A DNA stretch of 64,000 nt from Halocafeteria seosinensis (taxonomy: Eukaryota): positions 62,001 to 126,000 of the forward strand of contig LVLI01000007.1 of NCBI GenBank assembly GCA_001687465.1. Reading direction: 5' to 3'. The position numbers and the translations under genes were made by a program. This document shows positions 1-9,257 of the stretch, piece after piece. The first letter of the stretch is position 1. Every line of letters begins with the position of its first letter. The notes beneath the pieces were generated by a model that did not search any database, was not told where the DNA came from, and saw only the letters and a list, made by a program, of their open reading frames with translations.

Positions 1-367
1 TAAAGTGGATAGTTTATCTATGGATTTTGTACAACAAAATACCCCCTCAATTGTTATTACTTATAAAAATATAGACTAATTATAAAAATTTCTACTTAGA
101 AACAATATAAATATATAATGTAGGACTCAAATAATGAGTCATAGTGTAATTTAAAAGTTAATTTTGAGTGTAATTTTTAGTGTAATTTTCAAGAAGACGA
201 GGAAAATGGGTTATGTGGGATACGTCCCTGTATGATTGAGGATAAACCCCTAAGTTTTATTATAGAGGACTAAGCCCTAGATGTATAGGACTACTACCTT
301 TAGGTAGTAGGTTCCCTGTGGATTTAGGGTTTTACCCCCTGCTATAAAATTTAGAGGATAATCCCCA
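1..367. mobile_element. AT-rich, hairpin/iteron-rich segment; possible terminal repeat of an integrated virophage/Polinton-like DNA element (continues left of the window)
   Basis: Hand count ~30% GC over 1-360 (~22% over 1-180), well below the rest of the window. AGTGTAATTT x3 (143, 167, 179). Hairpins GACTCA-N5-TGAGTC (124-140), GGGA-TACG-TCCC (217-228), CTACTACCT-TT-AGGTAGTAG (291-310). Recurrent AGGA..CCC motif. Composition changes after CCCCA at 367. No viral gene is visible, so identity is inference. Confidence 0.35.
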
Positions 368-677
368 ATTATATTCGGATGTATCGCAAATGCCCCATTT
401 TCCTCATATTATTCTCTCTCCTCAAGTGGAAACGGCAGCAATGGGTAGACGTCGCCAAACGGATATGGAGAAAAGGCCAAATTGTAGATTTGGGTGATTT
501 ATTTGAGACAGCCTGCCACAGGATGATACCTCAGGAGACAGCTAACCGAGGGCCGATTTCACTAACGATCCAGAAACTACGTAAGTTGAGTAGAAGTTGG
601 AAGCGGTTAGGAGATATCGCCGCTGTCACTCTGCTAACGGCTTACAAGAATGACTTTGACAAAGTGTCCGAAATTAG

Positions 678-770
678 CGTGTCAGGTACAAAACCGTACC
701 TGTACCTAGACCGTACCTCGGTACGGGTACAGGCGGGGACGGTACAGGTTCCAGGTACGGCCAGGTACAC
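678..770. repeat. GTAC-rich foldback (MITE-like) repeat, copy A
   Basis: Nine GTAC in ~85 bp; central stem CCGTACC-TC-GGTACGG; ends (TGTCAGGTAC ... CCAGGTACA) are the reverse complement of the ends of 2593-2673. Confidence 0.6.
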
Positions 771-933
771 CAGCTCATTTACATGTTCATTATTTTTGGA
801 TTGCAATGACCTCATACATTTCACTGAATCTCAGCAAAACGTGTGATACCATTTTTAGTTTCATTTGATCAGTCCGTATGGTGTGGATGGATGGAAACTA
901 TTGAACCCGCGGGTTCTGGAAGTTTTGGGCGAG

Positions 934-1290
934 CTACAAGGGGTGTCTGCAGTCCATTTCATTCATCGCAAAGTATGCATTGTTCTTATTTACATACCTA
1001 CCGCAGGCATCATCCTCTATGATGGCGGCTAGAAGTATGAAATCTGATGTATGCCGGCATTTTCCCCCCAGCAAGAAGAGGGAATCCATTGGGATATCTT
1101 GAGTCTCGCTGGTCGAGGTAGATGACGCCGAAGCGCTGCTATGTGCTGTATTTGCAGTGCTGGCCTGGTAGTGAGAAGACGCTCGTACAAACGCGAAGGC
1201 TTCCTTGAAACTTTGGCGACCACCGTCCGAAGTTGTAGAGGAAGTGGAGGCCGAAGCCGCTGCCGCTGCCGAATTATTGGCGGAAGACAT
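934..1290 (-). CDS. Hypothetical Ser/Ala-rich protein (first exon; divergent from PKR1)
   Basis: ATG at 1290 opens a low-complexity MSSANNSAAAAAS... ORF with a plausible GT donor near 1000; no recognisable domain. Confidence 0.3.
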   Translation of the reverse strand: MSSANNSAAAAASASTSSTTSDGGRQSFKEAFAFVRASSHYQASTANTAHSSASASSTSTSETQDIPMDSLFLLGGKCRHTSDFILLAAIIEDDACGRYVNKNNAYFAMNEMDCRHPL

Positions 1291-1407
1291 GACGTAAATT
1301 TCTCAGGTCTTGTTAGTTACAGCATCCTTACGATAGTGTTGGGAGGAATTTTATACTATATAAAAGGGAAAACTGGAAATCTTGACAACTTATCGAATCC
1401 TAACAAA

Positions 1408-1816
1408 GTGTCTTCGACCCAGGAAGGAGATCCTGGGCAACACCAGCAAGTGCGCACTGAAACCGGCAAGCAGCAGGAATCGTCGCTTCATTCGGTAGCC
1501 AACTTGGGGGAGAGAATCTGGGACAGCATCATTACTCCAGGGACAGCCCCGGGACTTCTCCTGGTGATCAACATTGCGACAGTAGGCATGCTCCTGTGCC
1601 TCGTCTTTACAATTCTCATAGGCTACGGTAATATCCACGTCTACGCGTTAGGAGGACTTGGAATCTGCCTGCTAGCCTCAGTGAACTGGTATGTTTTGCC
1701 TTTGGAGTGCGTGCCGTCGCCTTTCCTTGCAATGCGCAATTAAGTGCTGCAGGTTCGTGCATGAGATGTGGGCATTCGAGGCATCCCAACAAGCGGAAGC
1801 AGACAAGAAGAAGTAA
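1408..1816 (+). CDS. PKR1: Pkr1-like ER membrane protein (V-ATPase assembly factor), 2 exons, probable GTG start
   Basis: IWDSIITPGT...two hydrophobic helices...NIH...LLASVNW|FVHE resembles the Pkr1 family; intron 1689-1752 (GTATGT..GCAG); C-terminal DKKK* dilysine-type ER signal; TATA-like TATATAAAAG near 1357. Confidence 0.75.
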
Positions 1817-2592
1817 ACTCCTTGGTTTATATCAACATGGATGGGTTGGTTTGAGGACAATGGTAGATGGTAGCATTCTGAGTATAATGTATTCTAGGAA
1901 CGGGAAGTAGTCCCTTCTCGCCTTAACCAGCACTGCATGATATCTAGGGTGCCATCACGAAAGTCACCGTGCATACATTCCTGTGGCACCCTTTTTATGT
2001 GGAAAGACTTTTTAACTGATCAAAGAATTGTGTTTCTGTATAGTGTCGCCTACGGTAGGCGAGTAGCGTATCAGGGAACTCAGAATTACTGCTATGAGGG
2101 TAGCATAAGTCACGGCACGTATGCAGCACCTCTCTATATACATGCTCATATGGAAGCGCAGCGACATCGGCCGCAACAACTATGTCCTGGTTGTTTCGGA
2201 ATCGGGATATATCGTCCTCTTCTCACCTGGAACTCGCGGAGGTTATGGCTTCTGAGTGTTTGGACGTCTTAGAAACTACCAATGCGGAGGACACCGGCTC
2301 GGTAGAATCCGTTGCGGCCAAACACTTCGATTTTAAGTCCTCCAATGATCTCAGGTAGAAATCGCAGTAGTGGCATGAGTGCAGCACCAGCGCAGCGCCG
2401 TTTGCTCACATCGAACAGACTGTGTGACATAAGTTAGTGACAGACCTTAGGCGCTGGGTCATCAACAACTGGAGCCCTCAGACCTTCTCAGTAGACTGGA
2501 GAACAAATAATACAGCGGAAGGAACATCTCATTCCCACTGTAAGGCTCTAAAAGGCCCCCGTAACATACATCAAGTTTGTGGCCGTTGCAAA

Positions 2593-2673
2593 CTGTACCT
2601 GGCCTGTACCGGGTACGGTACGCAGGTCAGGAGGGGTGGTTCGGTACGGCACAGCTCAGGACCGTACCTGACA
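2593..2673. repeat. GTAC-rich foldback repeat, copy B (inverted relative to copy A)
   Basis: TGTACCTGGCC...GTACCTGACA with several GTAC; termini are the reverse complement of 678-770; followed by a very GC-rich patch to ~2720. Confidence 0.55.
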
Positions 2674-3048
2674 CCCTACTCGCAGGGCCGCACAGCGGCG
2701 CCGCGGCGGCCTGCCTGGGGTATCGTCCTCATATCAGCTATTGGTTAAGCCTCAATTTGTAGTCAAGAGCTTCTCCCACCATTACTCAGAGACGCCGGAT
2801 TGTGCATGTGGCTTATTCTTAACAACGGCACTACGTATGCATCGTACAGTGATGCATGGTGTTTCAAGGCCTTCTCCACTACTGCACTGCACTGCACTAC
2901 AAGCGAGAAACCTGGTTCAGCCTGTAACCTACGGAGAAGGTAAGGCCAGTACGTCTATCTACGCCTTTTGTATTCTTCATAATTAGTATTGGTACACATA
3001 CACATATGTGACAGATAGCCCACCGGTCGGGGAGTTGACCGCATCCTC

Positions 3049-4045
3049 TTAACGAGGAGCGGTATGCGCCCGTGTTAAGCATCGGCGGGCCCGCTGTTCC
3101 TGCAGCCTTGCTGACATGCGCCGTAAGGGAACACAACACTGGTTTTGCTCAGGAGGCATCGGAGGAGGCGCCATGCCTGCGACAACGATGTCAGGGGTAC
3201 CGTCAAGGCTCAGTCTGGAAGGAGAAGCCCTGAACCTGCCACAGCGACCCCAGGACACGTTGCAGCAGCGCACGCAGGATTTAGCGTTGGTCCAGACGCA
3301 ACAGTTGTAGCCAATGACAAGCCACCACCTGACGCGGGAGGTGGCTCTCCGAGAATTCCGTCCACCTCAGTTTCGTCAACATAGCCCAGACTGTAGTACA
3401 TCTCCTGCTCGAGGTCGAAGAAGGTGTGGCTGCCCGGTCCTTGTGAAGCCACGAAACCGGTTCCCACGTCCGTGCTGCCTCTGGGTAGCCCTTCCAGTGA
3501 ACGAGGATACGACAAGCGGATCCTGAAGTGGACAAACCTCTCGACATCATCTACCGTGTGCGTAGCTCTAGGCGGCCAGTCTAAGCAAGAGAAACCATTA
3601 CCCATTGGGTTGTTCGACGCGGTCTTAGCCAAGCGGTCGGCAGCCGAGTTCGAAGCCCTGCGTATGAACCTAATCTCTGCGCTCCTCACCATTGGGAGGT
3701 TCTTAAGGTGGAACCATTCAGTCCGCGCCCTCTCGAAGAGCGGGATGAGCTTGTCCTTGAGGCACTGGGCTTTGCCATTCATGTGATCCACCATCGTTTG
3801 TGAGTCGCATTCCATGCGACGTCCACCGGGCCTGGTAACTCACATGGATGCGTCAAGCGCATCGAAGACCAGGTTCAATCCCAGCAGCAGGCCTTCGTAT
3901 TCGGCTTCATTGTTAGTCTTGTGTGGCCCTACGTACAGGCTTGAGAGGCCTAACTGGAGTTGAGTACCACCTGGACTAACCCTGTAGCATACAGCCCCAG
4001 CTCCCGCGTGTCCGGGGTTGCCCTTGGAAGCACCATCGGTCTGGC

Positions 4046-4046
<1 letters not shown>
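3049..4046 (-). mobile_element. Decayed retroelement-like fragment: archaeal-type RNase HI followed by chromodomain and Pro-rich linker
   Basis: RNase H catalytic motifs TDGASKGNPG, TNNEAEY, ECDS, RASNSAADRLA; in-frame TGA at 3840-3842; chromodomain ILVHWKGYPEAARTWEPVSWL reached via frameshifts; second copy at 29150-29682. Confidence 0.8.

Positions 4047-4105
<59 letters not shown>
4047..4105. repeat. (AC)~29 microsatellite
   Basis: Perfect dinucleotide run immediately upstream (minus strand) of the RNase H DGAS motif. Confidence 0.98.
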
Positions 4106-4107
<2 letters not shown>

Positions 4108-4762
4108 GGCAGAGTTCGGAAGGCCGCGGGTAGGGCACTGGTTTGAGCGAGCCCCAATCTGATCCTCAAGCCAAACGCAAATTGGTGCGTATATAGAATG
4201 TCCCAGCAATGAAAACAATGAATCTCACCATCTGGTAGTATCAGACCAACTGTAGCGTGTCGCCGACAAAGCAACAGCTTCGAAAGGCAGCGGGCTTACA
4301 GAGTCTAACCCTATGCTACATTGACTCAAAGACTTCTGTAGAAACCAGCAGGAAAAAAACTGCCTTGAAAAGTTTCTGTACAACGTGGTACAACCTCTTC
4401 ATTTGTCTTTACTGTACGCTCAGACGCTATCGGGAGTAATACGGGTACAGCCAGTTCGCGGCACCGTCACCCCCCGTGCTTGCACTGTTTGTTCCTAGAA
4501 ACACCCACCTTCCTCATCCTGTTTGAGACTATAACATCTTTCTTCTCTTCCACGAACGGCATGGAGGCTCATGATGGAGCATCCTTGCCGGCACCATGCG
4601 TCAATCAATTCGGCGACTGAAGTGTGAACATCCGTAGCTATGCTGGCATTGCTGGGCCATGGAGCTACGATATCCAATATCCAACGGTGGTTTGGATACA
4701 TGCTGGAAGATACAGGTGTCTCTTCGGTGGAATGTACCGACACAGATAAGCAATCAGGAGGC

Positions 4763-7700
4763 ATGATGAGGTGGGGATGGAGTCTTGTGAAGTCGATGCC
4801 TCGAGCATATGTCTGGGGTTACAAAGGGAGTATACCCTGTTTCAGAGTCCACAATGGGCTCCTTTCCCCTCGTGCAGCTAGCAACAAAGCTGCAGAGAGC
4901 GATACTCTGCTGTACAAAGAGCTTGAGTGGGCTCAAAACACACTACAGCCCACGCGTGCTGGCGGTATACGGAGTCTGTCCAAGAATCAAAGACAGCGAC
5001 TGTCTCATATCATTCAAGGAGCCCGTAATTCCAAAGACCCGAAACTTCATAAGAACGCATCTGGTCTGTTCTTCAAGCTGTTCGGACGCTTGATCCACCA
5101 GCCTTCTTCGTATGGCAATACGCGTGAAGCAACAGCCCCCGAGTATGGTGTGCTGCCATCCACATCTGATTGCAACGCAATATTAGAGATGTTAGTTGAA
5201 CTCGACGATGTCAAAGGAATCCGCAGAGTTTTGGGAATGTGCCGACGCAGTGGAATTGACGTGGACCAGATTGCAACCACCAGGGCCATGATGTGTTTTG
5301 CGAAGGCTGACTGGTTACCGGACTCGCTCTTATGCCTTCGCGAGCTACTAAAAATGTGCAAAGAGCATGTCCCATCCGCCTCTTCTTCAATCGCTTCTAC
5401 TTCTGCTCCGTCTATTGCAGGGAATGGTCATAAAGCAGACGAAAGGAGTAATTGGTTTTCCTTGTCTCATGATAGCTATGAAATTGCGCCGTTGGATACG
5501 GATATCCCATCGGTGGATCTCGTGGAGCTTGTTCCGTGGAGCGTAGCCATGCCGGCACTGGACTCTTTAGTTACATGCTCAGTTCGGATGCAAGATCTAG
5601 ACTCTACTTGTATGGTGCTTACCGCCATGGTACGCCTGCGTATGCCACCTGACTCGAGGACTGTCAATCGGATCATCATGGCTGCGTCGAAGCAAGCTGA
5701 AGAGCGATGGGACTCCTCATTCTCCAAATTACGGCTATCGAGAAAGCTAGTATCGAAAAAGGAGTCACCGGCAATGGACGACAAGAAGCAACACTTTGCG
5801 CTCAGTAGCGATCGGCATATCGAAACCCCGCTGGAAGCCTCTTGGAATTGGTTCTGGTGGCTCCATGAGTATTTGCAACTACCTATAGATATTCGCAATG
5901 TTAATCTCCTTCTGCGACAAGCCGGTATCCAGGACCCTTATGCAGCCCGCATGTCATGCGAAAGTGCTGTTGCTACTGAGCGTTTTGCGTTTACACCAGA
6001 GAGAATATGCCAAAGGACGTTTGCAGTTTATCACCATCTGCGGCTATTGATGCAGCAAAGGTGTAGTGAAAAAGCTGAGAGTGATCCGTCGTCGGACTGC
6101 CCCACGGCAGACGAAACAACGTTGTACTACCTATTACGCGTCTCCAGTAATGCTGCCGACGGACAGGCTTTTTTAACTGCACTAGAAGTTGCGGAAGAAA
6201 ATAACATTGTCCTAAGCTCTAAAACGTGCGGTAGCATCGTTCGCATACTTGCCGGCAACCCCAGAGCGAATAACACTCTGAGGTATTTCCTTGACTATAT
6301 CAGTAGGCTGGTGGGCAATTCTGCGCAAACAAGCTGGTCCGATTCGAAACGCGCGTCTTTCCTTGAGGGTTTGAAGAAGTGCGGTCGAAGTACTTTGAAC
6401 AAGACTCTAAACTATTGGACAATGGAAGCGTTTTATGCTTTGGCAAGCTTACATCCGCAATCAAATATTGAGCATGCCATGTTCGAAGCTGCCGAGTTGG
6501 CGATTCTATCTGTTTGTTCTGAAGCTCTAAACGAGAAAACTCTGTCTGACAATAATATGAGATGTTTGGAGAAGTGTTTATCAGTATTGGACGCAACGCA
6601 TGCTCCGACGCAGGAAGAGCTGCTGTACTGGTCGAAATGTTTTCGACACAGTGGTACTGCTGCCTGTGTGCAGAGCTTATCTTCGAACTCTACCCAGCCC
6701 GAGGCCCTTAAGTGTTCGATCCGCTCCAGTTGTGCAGCGGCTGTTCTTTCGATGATGGAGAAATTGAAATCTTGTGTTGATGTATGTGGTCGCGATGCAA
6801 CGGTACATGATATTGAAGAGAAGATGAAACGGACGATCTCTCTTTCCAGTCCTACTCATATGGATTCCTATTTTCCCCTGATACCAATGCAACCTGAGCG
6901 CATGAAGCTTTATCAACGTTTCAGTCGGGCGTTTGACGTGGATGTGATCACGCGCTTGCTTCCTAAAAGATTCTATGACGTTGTACGCGAGTTGAGGAGT
7001 GGCCCGCTTGCTTCTATTTCCGCCGATGCGTTCGGGTTGTTAGCACCTACAAACGATACGGAACTTCAGCTTTCTTCAACCGCTGCTGCTACAGTACAAA
7101 ATATGGACCAACAATCCCTTCAGTATGTATTAGAACTTCTGAGCCGATCTACAGGAGATCCTTCATTAGTGCGTTCGCTTATCCTTATTTTTTTGGAGTT
7201 GTCAAAACATGCTACTCTTTACTCTCAAAAGTTAGATCATTTAAATGCCGCGGGATACGCTGTCAAAGGACCGGATCAGAATCCTCAAACGGCTAGTGTA
7301 CCCCCAACGACATGGCTACGGGTAGCACAGGCAGCCGAAAGCTCCGGTCAAAGCCAGTGCTCTCTGTGGCTGTTACAATGCGGAATCACTTCGGAGGCGC
7401 TTAGTCGTACATTGCCTTCTGTAGACAATGATCTGGAGATGGGGCGTCTTCTTGTTTCCTGTTCCCACGGATTGAGTAAGCGGGAGGCGCAACGGCGTAA
7501 GGAAATAAAGAGTGATGTAGACGTACAGCGTGGGGTCGAAGATATACCAGAAACTGTGTACAGAGGGAAGATGTTGGAAAAGTATTACGGTATGCTTCCC
7601 GAAGACAGCAGGAATAACTTCTTGTCCAGCTCACTCAGGTCTCTTGTGCACATGGGTGGTGCGACTGGATGTTTCGATATGACGTTTCCCGGTGATCATG

Positions 7701-8152
7701 TGCTTGTACTCAACGTTTCCTCTGTTGTGAGTAAAGACACGGCCACCAACAGATCTAACTCTTTTAGTCCACCGCGGAGTTACTTGTCTGGGAAATGGAT
7801 GGGGCATTTGTTGCAAGCCTACCTCCCGATGTTGAGGCTCCGACTGCAGAAAATTTGGGATCAAAGCGGTGTCGCTCCCCCAGGCATTCTGCTTCATGGA
7901 AAGGCGGAGAGCCTTGAGACGATCAGTGTTGCGTTGATGGATTGTTGGCCACTGCAAAAACCTCTATATCACACTCAGCTGCACACGCAACCATGGCTAT
8001 ATGCTTCGCCTTCCCAGGTATCTACATGGGTTAATTTAAATCGCGCGGATTATGACACAAAGTCTAATGTAGATGCCGATGGAAATACTGGTGACGGAGA
8101 TGCGCTAGCTACTGCCATTGTATGGTCTAGCAATCTGATATCGAAGCTGTAA
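4763..8152 (+). CDS. Large single-exon PPR-like helical repeat protein, possibly mitochondrial
   Basis: Uninterrupted ORF 4640-8152; likely start MMRWGWSLVKSMPRAY (basic, presequence-like); PPR-like segments e.g. PSTSDCNAILEMLVELDDVKGIRRVLGMCRRSGIDVD, PDSRTVNRIIMAAS, ADETTLYYLLRVSS. Confidence 0.6.
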   Translation: MMRWGWSLVKSMPRAYVWGYKGSIPCFRVHNGLLSPRAASNKAAESDTLLYKELEWAQNTLQPTRAGGIRSLSKNQRQRLSHIIQGARNSKDPKLHKNASGLFFKLFGRLIHQPSSYGNTREATAPEYGVLPSTSDCNAILEMLVELDDVKGIRRVLGMCRRSGIDVDQIATTRAMMCFAKADWLPDSLLCLRELLKMCKEHVPSASSSIASTSAPSIAGNGHKADERSNWFSLSHDSYEIAPLDTDIPSVDLVELVPWSVAMPALDSLVTCSVRMQDLDSTCMVLTAMVRLRMPPDSRTVNRIIMAASKQAEERWDSSFSKLRLSRKLVSKKESPAMDDKKQHFALSSDRHIETPLEASWNWFWWLHEYLQLPIDIRNVNLLLRQAGIQDPYAARMSCESAVATERFAFTPERICQRTFAVYHHLRLLMQQRCSEKAESDPSSDCPTADETTLYYLLRVSSNAADGQAFLTALEVAEENNIVLSSKTCGSIVRILAGNPRANNTLRYFLDYISRLVGNSAQTSWSDSKRASFLEGLKKCGRSTLNKTLNYWTMEAFYALASLHPQSNIEHAMFEAAELAILSVCSEALNEKTLSDNNMRCLEKCLSVLDATHAPTQEELLYWSKCFRHSGTAACVQSLSSNSTQPEALKCSIRSSCAAAVLSMMEKLKSCVDVCGRDATVHDIEEKMKRTISLSSPTHMDSYFPLIPMQPERMKLYQRFSRAFDVDVITRLLPKRFYDVVRELRSGPLASISADAFGLLAPTNDTELQLSSTAAATVQNMDQQSLQYVLELLSRSTGDPSLVRSLILIFLELSKHATLYSQKLDHLNAAGYAVKGPDQNPQTASVPPTTWLRVAQAAESSGQSQCSLWLLQCGITSEALSRTLPSVDNDLEMGRLLVSCSHGLSKREAQRRKEIKSDVDVQRGVEDIPETVYRGKMLEKYYGMLPEDSRNNFLSSSLRSLVHMGGATGCFDMTFPGDHVLVLNVSSVVSKDTATNRSNSFSPPRSYLSGKWMGHLLQAYLPMLRLRLQKIWDQSGVAPPGILLHGKAESLETISVALMDCWPLQKPLYHTQLHTQPWLYASPSQVSTWVNLNRADYDTKSNVDADGNTGDGDALATAIVWSSNLISKL

Positions 8153-8680
8153 TCGGGTAGATCTTGTAAATTTGTATGCCACTAGAACATGGAGTCGCGT
8201 TGCTCACTGCAGTCAGTGTTCTATAGTACGGACCCCTGGATGTCAGCTGATCGTTGCTAACTAGCTCGTTCGACATATTCGAGTTGGAGGCGCGTCGCCT
8301 TTGGTAGAGAGTTCGACAACTCATGAAAAGATAAATGTGTATTCTTGAAGAGCTCACAAACAGCTCGTAATATCACAATCACATCTAGCAATTCACGGCA
8401 CATCCTTCAACCACAAATTTCCCTGGTCATCAATAGCATCTCCGGTATGGACGGAAGTGTACTAGAAAGGATAGCGGCCGACCTGTGTAGTTTGCTTGAA
8501 CCATTTCATGCCAACCGTTCCTATCGGACTAAGTTGCTAGCCCGTGAAATTCTATATCCGATGTGTCTGCTCTTGTGTGCTTAATCCCTTGTACGGCATT
8601 GTCATATCCATTTTCATTGACACATCTTCGCTGTTCAATGGTTATTAGGCAAAAGTGCTTACAAAGCGGCCCAAAATTGA

Positions 8681-8920
8681 TTAGCTCCGTCTTGTATCTG
8701 CAGCAGAGCCGGTTGTAAATATCCCCGAGTGGTCGCCCTCCGAGGATGCTTTTCCTTCACCGTGCTCGTATTCAGACAGCTCAGTCGAGATTGCTTTTTC
8801 ATGCTCCTCTTTAGCAGACTTTATTTTCTCTCGCAGATCAGCTACCTCTTGTCGCATTTGTTTGAGATCGTTCGCAACATTCTCAATTCTACCAGCTGCA
8901 TTGTTTGTGTCGTCGCTCAT
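8681..8920 (-). pseudogene. Short coiled-coil ORF, probably a truncated or pseudogenised gene
   Basis: ATG preceded by AAATAAA; heptad-like IENVANDLKQMRQEVADLREKIK; downstream minus-strand sequence has stops in the frames I read. Confidence 0.25.
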
Positions 8921-9257
8921 TTTATTTGGTTTTTACACTCCAGAATTATTGCCTACAAGTGTCAATACCGTCCAATGAATAACGTGTGCATACCATCATC
9001 AGGGACACTCTACACAGCAAGCTGTCAGCAACAAGTCACCAAACCGGGCGTTAAGTTAACCGCTCGCAAGCTGCAACCTAACGGTGGTGCTGTCTCAGCC
9101 TGTCTGTGAAGGTCAAGGACGACTTCACAAACCCAGGAATTCCGAATTCACCATTCACTAAGAATTGCACTTGCCTTATACAGAGGGTGTATTTGATTTG
9201 GGCTCGTCTAGGAGGGACAACAAGGACTAGTGAGCGCATACGGTCCCTGTGCGAAAC

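Noticed and set aside
379..846. 155-aa ORF next to the AT-rich segment
   Set aside because: No recognisable domain and it reads through the GTAC repeat; probably spurious or decayed.
1141..1407. N-terminal extension of PKR1 from ATG 1141
   Set aside because: Overlaps the opposite-strand ORF and the TATA-like region; Cys/Arg-rich antisense-like composition.
3840..3842. In-frame TGA in RNase H as recoding or an alternative genetic code
   Set aside because: Intact genes here use TGA as stop and the element has additional frameshifts, so this is simple decay.
4305..4313. CTAACCCTA, 1.5 copies of a TTAGGG template, as a possible telomerase RNA
   Set aside because: A given 9-mer is expected about 0.5 times by chance on both strands of 64 kb; no convincing Pol III promoter, terminator or structure; host telomere repeat unknown.
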